DNA of 37,883 nucleotides from Gammaproteobacteria bacterium (lineage in GTDB: Bacteria; Pseudomonadota; Gammaproteobacteria; Eutrophobiales; Eutrophobiaceae): positions 1-37,883 of the forward strand of contig JBCKWF010000003.1 in assembly GCA_038922895.1 (NCBI GenBank), read 5' to 3'. The position numbers were made by a program, and so were the translations under genes. Below the pieces are notes generated by a model that saw only the letters and a program-made list of their open reading frames with translations, was not told the DNA's origin and did not search any database. Shown piece after piece: positions 28,751-37,883 of this stretch (its first letter is position 1; each line of letters begins with the position of its first letter).

Positions 28751-29317
28751 TTATTTCACCCTCGACATATACGCACTGTTACGCGTATCCACCCGGACCA
28801 CTTCACCCTCTTCAACGAACAGCGGGACCTTTACCACTGCACCTGTCTCCAGCTTGGCCGGTTTGGTGCCACCGGTGGCGGTATCACCACGTAAGCCAGG
28901 GTCGGTTTCGATTATCTTCAGATTTACAAAATTTGGTGCTGCGACATACAAGGGCGAACCGTTCCACAGCGTGACTACACATTCCTCCTCGGGCTTGATC
29001 CATTGCGACGCATCGGCCATCGCCTTTGCATCGGCCATATACTGCTCGTAACTGCCCGGATCCATGAAATGCCACATTTCTCCATCGGTATACAGATATT
29101 GCAGGGATACCTCGACGACGTCCGCACCTTCACATGTATCACCGGACTTGAAGGTGCGATCGAGCACACGGCCGGTCTTCAGGTTACGCAATCTGACCCG
29201 GTTAAAGGCCTGCCCCTTGCCCGGCTTCACATGTTCATTCTCGATAACCGAGTACGGATCGCCATCGATCATCAGCTTCAGGCCGGACTTGAATTCACTG
29301 GTGCTAAACATTGTCAT
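28751..29317 (-). CDS. efp: Elongation factor P
   Basis: VKPGKGQAF with the modified Lys, [20 protein letters not shown]. Confidence 0.98.
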   Translation of the reverse strand: MTMFSTSEFKSGLKLMIDGDPYSVIENEHVKPGKGQAFNRVRLRNLKTGRVLDRTFKSGDTCEGADVVEVSLQYLYTDGEMWHFMDPGSYEQYMADAKAMADASQWIKPEEECVVTLWNGSPLYVAAPNFVNLKIIETDPGLRGDTATGGTKPAKLETGAVVKVPLFVEEGEVVRVDTRNSAYMSRVK

Positions 29318-29745
29318 ACGGTATTCCCCTTGCTTTTCCGTGGGTACGCGATAAAGGCGCGTATGATACCTTGAAACTGGTGAATATTTCGAGATACAAG
29401 CGATAAATAATGACAGGCCGTCTGCGGTATTTGAATGACGATTTAAAAACCGGAAATTGCATGCAAAAAACCCTGTCTAACTGCGATATCTGCCGGGATA
29501 AGATCACAAAAATTGTTCAGATTGAATATCCAGTTCGTCAGAAAACGAAATTAAACAGGGATGCAATCAATCTGCATCAGCTCCCGACCGGACTACCTCC
29601 ATTTATATGAATGAAACGTATGTGGAGGCCTGTTTGCATAGTAAGCCGGATTTTTTAACTTTCTGATAGTCTATTTTTGATAATCAGTAAGTTGCTTCCG
29701 GTTTCAGGAGAGAGACTGTTGTCCTCAGATATGCTACCTTTAGAT

Positions 29746-30729
29746 ATGCACACACCCAGCTGGCAACAGGAATTACGCGACCTTATTCGTGACCGAGGGG
29801 AATTACTCGAAAAAGTCGGCTTACAGGCAGAAAGGTCGGCAGCAGCCGATACACCTGTATCTACTTTCCCACTTAAGGTCCCGCATTCCTATCTGCGACG
29901 TATCCGTCCAGGTCAGACCGAGGATCCCTTGTTGCGCCAGGTATTACCGGTACCGGAAGAAGACCTGCCCAGGCCCGGTTACATGGCTGATCCTCTGGGA
30001 GAAATAGATCGCACCAGCGTCCCGGGTTTGATCCAGAAATATCATGGCCGTGTCCTGCTGATTGCCAGCAGTGTCTGTGCGGTCCACTGCCGCTATTGTT
30101 TCCGGAGGCATTATCCCTATAGCGACAATAACCCGGCACGGGATAACTGGGACACTGCGCTGGAGTATATCCGGAAGGACGAAAGCATACACGAGGTCAT
30201 ACTCAGCGGAGGAGACCCGCTATCACTGTCCGATGACAAGCTGCACTCGCTAATCACCCTGCTGGAACAGATACCGCATCTGCGCTGGCTGCGGATCCAT
30301 ACCCGTATGCCGGTCGTGTTGCCGTCCAGGATCACGGACAGTCTGTTACGAGTCATCACCGGCAACCGTTTCAAACAGACCGTGGTTATCCATGCAAATC
30401 ATCCACATGAAATCGAGGCTGAAGTGATCGCAGTATTACAGGACCTGCACCGGGCCGGGATACAATTGCTGAACCAGTCAGTGTTGTTGCGTGGCGTGAA
30501 TGATGATGCGCTGGTACTGGCCGAATTAAGCGAACGCCTGTACACAAACCACGTACTGCCATATTACCTGCACATGCTTGACCCGGTTGCCGGGGCGGCC
30601 CATTTCGAGGTGAGCGACCCCGCTGCAATAGCCATTATGGAACAACTCCGTTCCACCCTGCCAGGTTACCTGGTCCCCAGGCTGGTGCGGGAGATCGAAG
30701 GCGCGCCTTACAAATCCTTATTGTTTTAA
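29746..30729 (+). CDS. epmB: EF-P beta-lysylation protein EpmB (lysine 2,3-aminomutase, KamA radical SAM family)
   Basis: CAVHCRYCFRRHYPY, SGGDPL, RIHTR, NQSVLL, PYYLH. The start is uncertain: 29746 or 29731 is more likely than 29677. Confidence 0.93.
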   Translation: MHTPSWQQELRDLIRDRGELLEKVGLQAERSAAADTPVSTFPLKVPHSYLRRIRPGQTEDPLLRQVLPVPEEDLPRPGYMADPLGEIDRTSVPGLIQKYHGRVLLIASSVCAVHCRYCFRRHYPYSDNNPARDNWDTALEYIRKDESIHEVILSGGDPLSLSDDKLHSLITLLEQIPHLRWLRIHTRMPVVLPSRITDSLLRVITGNRFKQTVVIHANHPHEIEAEVIAVLQDLHRAGIQLLNQSVLLRGVNDDALVLAELSERLYTNHVLPYYLHMLDPVAGAAHFEVSDPAAIAIMEQLRSTLPGYLVPRLVREIEGAPYKSLLF

Positions 30730-31260
30730 TCGATGTAGCTCCTCCTTATAAATGAAACTCCACGAGTACCTGTCAAACGGCGACAGGCCCGAATACATCA
30801 GGAAGGTATTGTCCGGCGTCTGTCTGTAAATAAATGCACCCGGCACCAATCTTGGTTTTGGCACTTTCTGCAGATAGGCAGGCACCAGGTCCTGCAACTC
30901 AGCGGGATATGCCCCCCGGTCCTGGTAATATTGATCGACCGCTGCGATGACGACTTCAGAGCGCTGCTGGGCCAGAGATAAATCATACGCATAGAATACA
31001 AACGTTACCCCAAGCAGTATCAGGTATATCAGGATCTTGTTGACGACGTAGCGCAACTTCGGTTTATTCTTGATGGATAATAATGCGCTCGGGACGAGAA
31101 TAAAGACCAGGTACAGCAGGATAAACCCTGAAAACGTCGGTGAGGCGAACAGAAAATCAATGCCAAACACACAAACCGCGATCAAGCCGGAGCTAATCCT
31201 CAGCCTTTTCAGGTTCTAATATTTTGCCTGTTTGTCCGCTGCAGGATCCTGTTTAGTCAT
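30718..31260 (-). pseudogene. Hypothetical membrane protein with an in-frame TAG at codon 15 (the ORF track gives the shorter 30718-31185)
   Basis: ATG at 31260 has a GAGGTG SD 7 nt upstream and is in frame with the 155-aa ORF, but TAG occurs at 31216-31218. Three TM helices, then a pilin/GspG-like AVDQYYQDRGAYPAELQDLVP segment. Confidence 0.55.
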
Positions 31261-31271
31261 ACATCAGCACC

Positions 31272-31817
31272 TCACCATCGCGACAGAATCCGGGTGCGGT
31301 AGCGTGCCAGTGCATTGTAATGTCCTATCAAGTCCTCGAGAGAATAACTGGCGTTGGCCGGACTCGGGTTTGGCGTGACAAAAAAACGGGTCTTACCCAA
31401 TCGATAATCCTGGTTACCACAATTTATCGGTATATTCATCTGCTCCGTATATTTAAGGTAATTTCTGAAGTTAATAATTCCATTAAACCAGGCGATGTGT
31501 GGCTGGTAATCGAGTAACTTCTGCTTCAGTTCTACAGCACCTTTGCGGAAATCGGCGACACGTAATGCATTGCCCATGGGTGTCGGCCGTTTCACGATAT
31601 CTGTAAAACCAATACCATGATTGCTGAATAGTTGCTGTACTGCGGCCTCGCCTGGTTGCACCTTCTGATCTATCAGTCTGGACCCGTTCAATGCGGGCCA
31701 GAAACGATTACGCGGGTTCGCGTAGTAATAACCGGCATTCACCGAGATCGGAGAAGGGTTCAGGCCGATCAGGACTATATCAAGGTCAGACCGCAGGTAG
31801 TCCGGGAGCGTTTTCAT
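31272..31817 (-). CDS. mug: G/U mismatch-specific DNA glycosylase (UDG family 2)
   Basis: LPDYL..LDIVLIGLNPS, NRFWPAL, GIGFTD, PNPSPANA. Start most likely at MKTLPD (31817). Confidence 0.88.
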   Translation of the reverse strand: MKTLPDYLRSDLDIVLIGLNPSPISVNAGYYYANPRNRFWPALNGSRLIDQKVQPGEAAVQQLFSNHGIGFTDIVKRPTPMGNALRVADFRKGAVELKQKLLDYQPHIAWFNGIINFRNYLKYTEQMNIPINCGNQDYRLGKTRFFVTPNPSPANASYSLEDLIGHYNALARYRTRILSRW

Positions 31818-31822
31818 TATTG

Positions 31823-31905
31823 TGTATGGAGTCTGGCGTTCACAATTTTTTAAAGGACACGATTCGTCAGCCTCCCACCTCACTCCTTAGGCCTCACTCC
31901 TCACA
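31823..31905. repeat. Second-family heptamer array (CCTCACN) with a degenerate inverted partner, locus F
   Basis: CCTCCCA CCTCACT CCTTAGG CCTCACT CCTCACA (31871-31905) contains the methyltransferase stop. The partner is TGTATGG AGTCTGG CGT (31823-31839). Confidence 0.6.
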
Positions 31906-32458
31906 GTACCTGCTTATGGCAAACGTAAACAAATGCGGGGGGAATATTTCTCATTACAAACCGGATATCGATGTCGGCATAGATTGCCTCAATCTGCTTC
32001 TGCAGCTGTAGCGAATACTGGAATGCAATAAACTGCCCACCGGGACGTAACGCATTATATATACTCGCCAATAACTCCGCCTGTAGCACGGGACCAAAAT
32101 TGGATAAGGGCAGGCATGACACGATACAGTCAGCCTGGTTGTAGCCAAGTTTGTTTAGCTCATCTCCCAGATGGAATGCGTCGGAACCAATTACCGCATC
32201 GGGAAAACGCTTCTGCAAATGATTATGCATCTGTTCGTCTTTTTCGAAACTGATAAATACAGACTGTTCAGAGCGTATGCTGTTAATAGCGCGGGTAACG
32301 ACACCCGTGCCGGCACCGAGTTCAACGATGACATCGGCCTTTTGCCAGTCAATTGCGCCTACAATGGCGGCAACCAGTACCGGTGAACTGGGAACGATAC
32401 TGCCGATGCTGGAAGGCGAACGGAAAAACTTTTTCAGAAACCGTACTGGACTCGTCAT
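31901..32458 (-). CDS. Phospholipid N-methyltransferase-like SAM methyltransferase
   Basis: IGSIVPSS, VELGAGTG, IVSCLP, FIAFQYS, RNIPPAFVY. Confidence 0.85.
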   Translation of the reverse strand: MTSPVRFLKKFFRSPSSIGSIVPSSPVLVAAIVGAIDWQKADVIVELGAGTGVVTRAINSIRSEQSVFISFEKDEQMHNHLQKRFPDAVIGSDAFHLGDELNKLGYNQADCIVSCLPLSNFGPVLQAELLASIYNALRPGGQFIAFQYSLQLQKQIEAIYADIDIRFVMRNIPPAFVYVCHKQVL

Positions 32459-32776
32459 AAGGAGGAACTTCCCTGGTATATTATTTTGGATTATGGCAAA
32501 GGATTATAATTCATCTACAGTGTAATTATATATGGTAAGCACATGCTGTATCTATCTAATTTTACACTGTATTTTACAGTCTCAGCAGGTACGCACCGGA
32601 TACAGACAAGCCTGAGGGACTGGCCCCCCAACTGAAATCAGCCGGGCTTAACACCGTTGCCGGATGTGTGGTTTGTAATGACTGGCCACCAGGCCCTGGC
32701 CCGTGCACCCTCACACCTGTCCGCTCAGCAGCTTGTGTTATCATGCGCCACCCTCCGAAATCTCCAGACACACCAC

Positions 32777-34171
32777 ATGACCACAACTGAATTTGCATCA
32801 CTGCCACTGACACCTGCAATGCTTGCAAATATCCAGTCACTGGATTATTTGCAGATGACACCGATCCAGGAACACAGTCTGCCGGCGATCCTGGAAGGAA
32901 AAGATCTGCTCGCCCAGGCCAAGTCCGGCAGCGGTAAAACAGCCGCATTTGCAATCGGCCTGCTGCATAAACTGGAGGTCCGCACTTATCAGGTACAAGC
33001 ACTGATACTCTGTCCTACCCGCGAACTGGCCGATCAGGTCAGCTCGGAAATCCGCCGTCTGGCACGGGCAATCCCGAATACAAAGATCACAACGCTGTGC
33101 GGTGGCAAACCAATCGCCCCTCAGGTGGCTACACTTGAACACCAACCGCATATCGTGGTCGGCACACCTGGACGCATCCTCGCTCATCTTGAAAAAAAAT
33201 CGCTGCAACTGGATGGTGTGCGAACGCTGGTGCTGGATGAGGCCGACCGCATGCTGGACATGGGCTTTCACGACGAGATCATGCAAATTATTAAACAGAT
33301 ACCACGCAAACGACAAACGCTGTTGTTCTCTGCGACCTACCCGGATGGCATCCAATCGATCAGCAAGGCTATCCAGAACCGTCCCATTGATGTGCGTGTC
33401 GAAAGCATTCATGATGACCAAAAAATCAAACAGGTGTTTTATGAAATCCGCGAAAGCGAGCGCATGCAAATACTGGTTGCGTTGATAAAACATTATCGCC
33501 CCGAATCCTGCATCGTGTTCTGCAATACCAAACTGCAATGCCAGAAACTTTCGGAACAGTTGAAAAGGCATGGTTTTGCCGCACTCGCACTGCACGGTGA
33601 TCTGGAACAAAAAGACCGTGACCAGGTGCTGGTCCGGTTTGCGAACCGGAGTTGCCCGATACTGATTGCAACCGATGTGGCTGCACGTGGACTCGATATC
33701 AAGGACCTGCATGCAGTGATTAACTATGAATTATCGCCAGATCCGGAGGTGCATATACACCGGATCGGCCGGACCGGTCGCGCCGACAAGGAAGGCCTTG
33801 CGTTCAGCCTGTTTACTGGTTCAGATGAATTCCGCGTCAAGGCAATCGAGGACTATATAGATCATCCGGTCACGATTGAATCAACCGATACACTGACGCC
33901 GGCAGCAACAGAAACCCGGACCAGATTCAAAACCGACCCGGCGATGGTCACATTGACCATCAGCGGTGGACGTAAGGACAAGGTCCGCGCAGGAGACATC
34001 CTCGGTGCATTGACTGCAAATACAGGCCTGCCCGGCAGCAAGATCGGCAAGATCGATATCTTCGACAAGTATGCCTATGTCGCCGTTGACGCCGCAGTTG
34101 CGAGACAGGCGCTGAAGATACTCTCGGAAGGCAAGATCAAGGGCCGCAAGTTCAGGGTGACGAAGTTGTAA
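32777..34171 (+). CDS. dbpA: ATP-dependent RNA helicase DbpA
   Basis: Q motif, SGSGKT, PTRELA, DEAD, SAT, HRIGRTGR, and the DbpA C-terminal GGRKDKVRAGDILGAL. The start at MTTTEF (32777) is preferred over 32657. Confidence 0.95.
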   Translation: MTTTEFASLPLTPAMLANIQSLDYLQMTPIQEHSLPAILEGKDLLAQAKSGSGKTAAFAIGLLHKLEVRTYQVQALILCPTRELADQVSSEIRRLARAIPNTKITTLCGGKPIAPQVATLEHQPHIVVGTPGRILAHLEKKSLQLDGVRTLVLDEADRMLDMGFHDEIMQIIKQIPRKRQTLLFSATYPDGIQSISKAIQNRPIDVRVESIHDDQKIKQVFYEIRESERMQILVALIKHYRPESCIVFCNTKLQCQKLSEQLKRHGFAALALHGDLEQKDRDQVLVRFANRSCPILIATDVAARGLDIKDLHAVINYELSPDPEVHIHRIGRTGRADKEGLAFSLFTGSDEFRVKAIEDYIDHPVTIESTDTLTPAATETRTRFKTDPAMVTLTISGGRKDKVRAGDILGALTANTGLPGSKIGKIDIFDKYAYVAVDAAVARQALKILSEGKIKGRKFRVTKL

Positions 34172-34337
34172 TGAATTAACAATGTCCACCTTTCAGGCGG
34201 ATATTAATTCCGTTACTGAAATGTTACACGCCAGCAAGGTCTTACTTTAAAGCGGTTTCTATCGACTTTTCCCTTACAAATCCTTATAGTACGCGCCATT
34301 TGACCAGCCTCAGGCCCCTAAAGTCAGGAATACCCCA

Positions 34338-35951
34338 TTGATCAGCACCGCAAACATCACTATGCAGTTCGGCCAAAAGCCGCTATTTGAGAATATTTCT
34401 GCCAAATTCGGTAACGGCAACCGTTACGGTCTGATTGGCGCAAACGGCTGTGGCAAGTCCACGTTCATGAAAATCCTGGACGGCAGCCTCGAACCCAGCT
34501 CCGGCAATGTCGCGATTGAGCCGGGTGTCCGTCTCGGCGTGTTGAAACAGGACCAGTTTGCCTACGAGGAATACAGCGTCGTCAACACAGTCATCATGGG
34601 TCATGCAGAATTATGGGAGATCCACCGCGAACGCGAGCGCATCTATGCACTCGAAGATATGTCTGAAGATGACGCAATGAAAGTGGCCGACCTTGAACAC
34701 CGCTATGCGGAACTGGACGGTTATACTGCCGAAAGCCGTGCAGGAGAATTGCTGACCAGCGCCGGTATTGCCCAGCATCTGCACTACGGTCCGATGAGCG
34801 AAGTCGCCCCGGGCTGGAAATTGCGCGTGTTGCTGGTACAGGCCCTGTTCCCTGATCCGGACGTGCTGCTGCTCGACGAGCCGACCAATAACCTCGACAT
34901 CAATACGATCCGTTGGCTCGAATCGTTACTGATAAACCGCAAGAGCACGATGATCATCATCTCACATGATCGTCATTACCTGAATGCGGTCTGCACCCAT
35001 ATTGCTGATATGGATTTTGGCGAGTTGCGCCTGTATCCGGGCAACTACGATGATTTCATGATCGCCTCAACCGCTGCCCGCGAGCGTGTGCAATCGGAAA
35101 ATGCAAAGAAATCCGCCCAGATTGCCGACCTGCAACAGTTCGTCAGCCGCTTCTCGGCAAATGCATCCAAGGCCCGCCAGGCCACCTCGCGTGCGCGACA
35201 GATTGAAAAGATCAAGCTGGAAGACATCAAGCCGTCCAGCCGCGTCAGCCCGTTCATCCGTTTCAAACAGGAAAAGAAACTGCACCGGCTGGCTGTCACG
35301 CTGGAAAAACTTGAGCATGGATTTGATGGCGAACCGCTATTTCGTAATGCCAGCATGATGATCGAGGCGGGCGCCCGGCTTGCCGTTATCGGCGAAAACG
35401 GTGCGGGCAAAACTACCTTCCTGCGTTGTCTGGTCAATGAGTTGGCTGCTAACGGCGGCACCATCAAGTGGGCGGAAAATGCAACGCTGGGATACTGTCC
35501 GCAGGACAGCACTGCAGAATTTAACTGTGAACTGAACCTGTTTGACTGGATGAGCCAGTGGCGCAAACCGCGACATGACGATCAAATCGTGCGTGCCACA
35601 CTGGGCCGCTTACTGTTCTCCACCGAAGACTTCAAGAAACGTGTCAAGGTTTGCTCCGGCGGTGAGAAAAACCGTTTATTGTTCGGCAAACTGATGTTGC
35701 AGGATTGCAATGTGATCCTTATGGATGAACCGACCAACCATATGGACATGGAGGCGATCGAGGCACTGAACCTTGCACTGGAACACTATGATGGCACGCT
35801 GATCTTCGTCAGCCATGATCGCGAGTTCGTCTCATCATTGGCGACCCGTATCATTGAAATCAAGGACAAGAAACTGGTCGACTTCCACGGTCCGTATGAG
35901 GAATACCTGGCCAGCCAACTGGCTGAGACCAAGGTCGCTAATTCACGCTAA
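34338..35951 (+). CDS. ybiT: ABC-F family ATPase (YbiT-like)
   Basis: Two ABC domains ([16 protein letters not shown]), [10 protein letters not shown], a linker [15 protein letters not shown], no TM segments. AGGA SD before the TTG start. Confidence 0.9.
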   Translation: MISTANITMQFGQKPLFENISAKFGNGNRYGLIGANGCGKSTFMKILDGSLEPSSGNVAIEPGVRLGVLKQDQFAYEEYSVVNTVIMGHAELWEIHRERERIYALEDMSEDDAMKVADLEHRYAELDGYTAESRAGELLTSAGIAQHLHYGPMSEVAPGWKLRVLLVQALFPDPDVLLLDEPTNNLDINTIRWLESLLINRKSTMIIISHDRHYLNAVCTHIADMDFGELRLYPGNYDDFMIASTAARERVQSENAKKSAQIADLQQFVSRFSANASKARQATSRARQIEKIKLEDIKPSSRVSPFIRFKQEKKLHRLAVTLEKLEHGFDGEPLFRNASMMIEAGARLAVIGENGAGKTTFLRCLVNELAANGGTIKWAENATLGYCPQDSTAEFNCELNLFDWMSQWRKPRHDDQIVRATLGRLLFSTEDFKKRVKVCSGGEKNRLLFGKLMLQDCNVILMDEPTNHMDMEAIEALNLALEHYDGTLIFVSHDREFVSSLATRIIEIKDKKLVDFHGPYEEYLASQLAETKVANSR

Positions 35952-35980
35952 TCGGTAAAGTGCGGGAGCCCGCGTAGTTA

Positions 35981-36448
35981 TTATGGGCCGGCCCGCAACG
36001 AGATCACCCCTGTACGGTTGATATTGATCCGGTTACGCAGTCTGCCAGTATCCAGCCTGGCATCGAAATCATACTCAATTCGGTCCGGGTTACTGGTCAT
36101 CAGTTCATTTAAAAACCGGATACTGCCTAACAGACTGACAGCCGCGCTGATCATCACATCGGCCTCTCCGTAAGGCTTGATGGTCGGCAGATTATTCGCC
36201 ACTCCCGTGACTACCTTATTACCAGCCAGTTGTATCGAATACGACATCCCGACCAGGTTCAGTGCCGTGCGGTTCGGGTTGGTAATATGTAGCATAATGT
36301 CAAACTGCGGGGCCATAGTATTTGAATTCCTCATTGCAATCGAGCTGACCGTTAGTGAAGGCTCCTCGAAATCTGATGGCATACCGGCACAACCAGCGAG
36401 CAACAGCACCGCCATACCCAGTAAAACGGCACGTAATTTAACAGTCAT
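35981..36448 (-). CDS. LEA type 2 (WHy domain) lipoprotein
   Basis: Lipobox LAGC, LHITNPN motif. AAGGAGA SD before the ATG at 36448. Confidence 0.85.
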   Translation of the reverse strand: MTVKLRAVLLGMAVLLLAGCAGMPSDFEEPSLTVSSIAMRNSNTMAPQFDIMLHITNPNRTALNLVGMSYSIQLAGNKVVTGVANNLPTIKPYGEADVMISAAVSLLGSIRFLNELMTSNPDRIEYDFDARLDTGRLRNRININRTGVISLRAGP

Positions 36449-36568
36449 ACATATCTCCTTAAAAACCTTATTGTCCTGATAATAAACCATCTGACTATAC
36501 AGTTCAGTTCGATTGACTACATTCGCGATGATCCAGGTGCGTAGCCAAACTAGACGAGGATTGGCCTG

Positions 36569-37474
36569 TTATTCTGCAACAGGGCAAGCACCCGCTGCGT
36601 AACCGATTACATCCGGATCAGCACATGCACTGCAGGCGTTTGAAAACTCCAGCTGTTCGCTACTGTCACACGGCGTGGTTACACAGCGGATCCCGGTATT
36701 CCTGGTCGCACATACAGGCAGGTATTGCATTGTACATACCTCCGGGCGTGGTGTTGTACATTCTGTAAATTGTGGCCCGGCAGGATCAGCGCTTGCACCG
36801 CCCGCATAGGAATCCCTTTGTGCCGGTTCATCCATGACGACATCTGCCAGCGGCTGCATCAGCCTGGCCACTTCACTATTTAAGGTTGCTTCTGTTGACT
36901 CTGCAGTCATAGCCTTTTGCATTTGCATCATTGTTTCTGCCGTGTCTGCCGCGGTAATAGATACAGGCGGCTGAACCGGCTCGATAGCACCATTACCAGC
37001 ACGCAGGGCCTCGCTGGCAGGTACAGGCGCTATAGACAGCGCCTTCATCCTGGCAGACTGCTCGGCCAGGTTTGCATTAGAACTGTCCTCTCTCTCTGCC
37101 AATCTCCCTTCTGCGAGGTCGATACTCACGCTTTCCAGCCTGGTTGTTGCAGCTGACGTAGTGATACCCCCTGCATTCAAGTCAGCCTCAGTAAGAGTTC
37201 CCATAGTCAGATTTTCATCAGGCAGGTTGAACATGACCAGTACCGACAACACCACCACGGCCGCGATGGCCAGAGGTGCATCCAGACGACCAAAATAGGG
37301 AGGCATAAACCGGCCTGGCCTCGCACCAACCGCCTTGCGTGATGCAGCCAGTATAGCCTCGTCAATATGCGATGGCGGCACATCTGCCGCAACCGACTTA
37401 TATTGACGTGACAGGCCGTCCTTGCCTGTGAGGTATTGTTCCAGTTCGCGGTCGTCGTTATTAGCTGTCGTCAT
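36569..37474 (-). CDS. Putative membrane anti-sigma factor with a C-terminal Kazal-like Cys-rich domain
   Basis: Overlaps the ECF sigma stop. N-terminal LSRQY...PPSHIDEAILAAS, one TM helix, a low-complexity linker, then C..CTMQYLPVC..CVTTPC..FSNACSAC..GAC. Confidence 0.7.
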   Translation of the reverse strand: MTTANNDDRELEQYLTGKDGLSRQYKSVAADVPPSHIDEAILAASRKAVGARPGRFMPPYFGRLDAPLAIAAVVVLSVLVMFNLPDENLTMGTLTEADLNAGGITTSAATTRLESVSIDLAEGRLAEREDSSNANLAEQSARMKALSIAPVPASEALRAGNGAIEPVQPPVSITAADTAETMMQMQKAMTAESTEATLNSEVARLMQPLADVVMDEPAQRDSYAGGASADPAGPQFTECTTPRPEVCTMQYLPVCATRNTGIRCVTTPCDSSEQLEFSNACSACADPDVIGYAAGACPVAE

Positions 37475-37883
37475 GATGCATCAACTGATGTAATTTTTTG
37501 ACTGCATAGCGCAGCCGGCTCTTTACAGTTTCAGTATTCACTCCTGTAAGTGTAGCAATTTCCTGCAGACTCATCCCCGCATCTTCCTTTAACAGGATGG
37601 CCTCGCGCTGCACGGCTGGCAAGGCCTCGATTCCGGCCAGCAAGCGGCTTGCATCCTGGTTCAATGCCACGATATTATCCGGCTGGTCCTGCGTCCTTGC
37701 CTCGATACTTTCCAGTCCGTCCTGATCGTTATCCAGCCAGACATTACCGGTCCGGCGAAAATGATCAATTACGTGATGCCGGGCAATGGTATAAAGATAC
37801 GTTGTGAATTTCGCCTTCACCGCATAGTGTTCCCGGTTCTGGATCAGTTTCATCCAGATGTCCTGAAATAACTCATCAGTGGT
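37461..37883 (-). CDS. ECF RNA polymerase sigma factor (5'-truncated by the window edge)
   Basis: ELFQDIWMKL, FTTYLYTIARH..IDHFR, LP..QREAILL...LQEIA..TG...TVKSRLRYA. Confidence 0.92.
   Translation of the reverse strand, partial: TTDELFQDIWMKLIQNREHYAVKAKFTTYLYTIARHHVIDHFRRTGNVWLDNDQDGLESIEARTQDQPDNIVALNQDASRLLAGIEALPAVQREAILLKEDAGMSLQEIATLTGVNTETVKSRLRYAVKKLHQLMHHDDS

Noticed and set aside
31216-31218. Pyrrolysine or genome-wide TAG recoding
   Set aside because: TAG terminates argF, dnaQ, rnhA and yoaA at their expected lengths, and no pyl genes are visible.
31818-31883. N-terminal extension of Mug from the ORF track
   Set aside because: It runs through the heptamer repeat and spacer. The family N-terminus starts near LPDYL.
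32657-32776. 40-aa N-terminal extension of DbpA from the ORF track
   Set aside because: An extended -10 promoter (TGTTATCAT) lies inside the extension, and homology starts at MTTTEF.
32837-33712. 291-aa antisense ORF, and similar long shadow ORFs such as 26357-26926, 35045-35566 and 11460-11942
   Set aside because: They lie opposite well-conserved genes, have no recognisable motifs, and are expected from codon bias.
27636-35951. efp-epmA-epmB with dbpA and ybiT as a novel translation island
   Set aside because: efp/epm clustering is well known. The other genes are separated by unrelated ORFs and have their own promoters.

Overview
This is a 37.9-kb chromosomal core-genome window from a gammaproteobacterium, judged from the surE-pcm-nlpD-rpoS, dnaQ-rnhA-methyltransferase/gloB-mltD and efp-epmA-epmB gene clusters. 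Most of it is housekeeping: an AmmeMemoRadiSam B-A fusion, mrcB, adk, argD-argF, grxD, aas, rlmJ, an APC permease, a DinG/YoaA helicase, mug, dbpA, an ABC-F ATPase, a LEA-2 lipoprotein and an ECF sigma/anti-sigma pair. I found no rRNA, tRNA, CRISPR array, transposase or phage genes. The unusual signal is mostly intergenic. (1) Six intergenic regions share one layout: an arm of degenerate tandem 7-mers, a short AT-rich spacer, then an inverted arm of 7-mers. The arms abut or supply stop codons, or sit just before start codons. Five loci use an ACYAGCR-type unit and one uses a CCTCACN-type unit. One spacer holds a MITE-like element flanked by CTAG. (2) An unannotated transcription unit between adk and mrcB encodes a 29-aa (KKKAT)n histone-H1-like peptide, followed by a GGA-rich segment or 39-codon ORF and a terminator. 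(3) The anti-sigma factor ends in a Kazal-like cysteine domain. (4) Several genes look leaderless. (5) A secreted alpha/beta-hydrolase-like gene is broken by two compensating frameshifts, and a membrane-protein gene has an in-frame TAG. All calls come from reading the sequence by eye; no searches were run.
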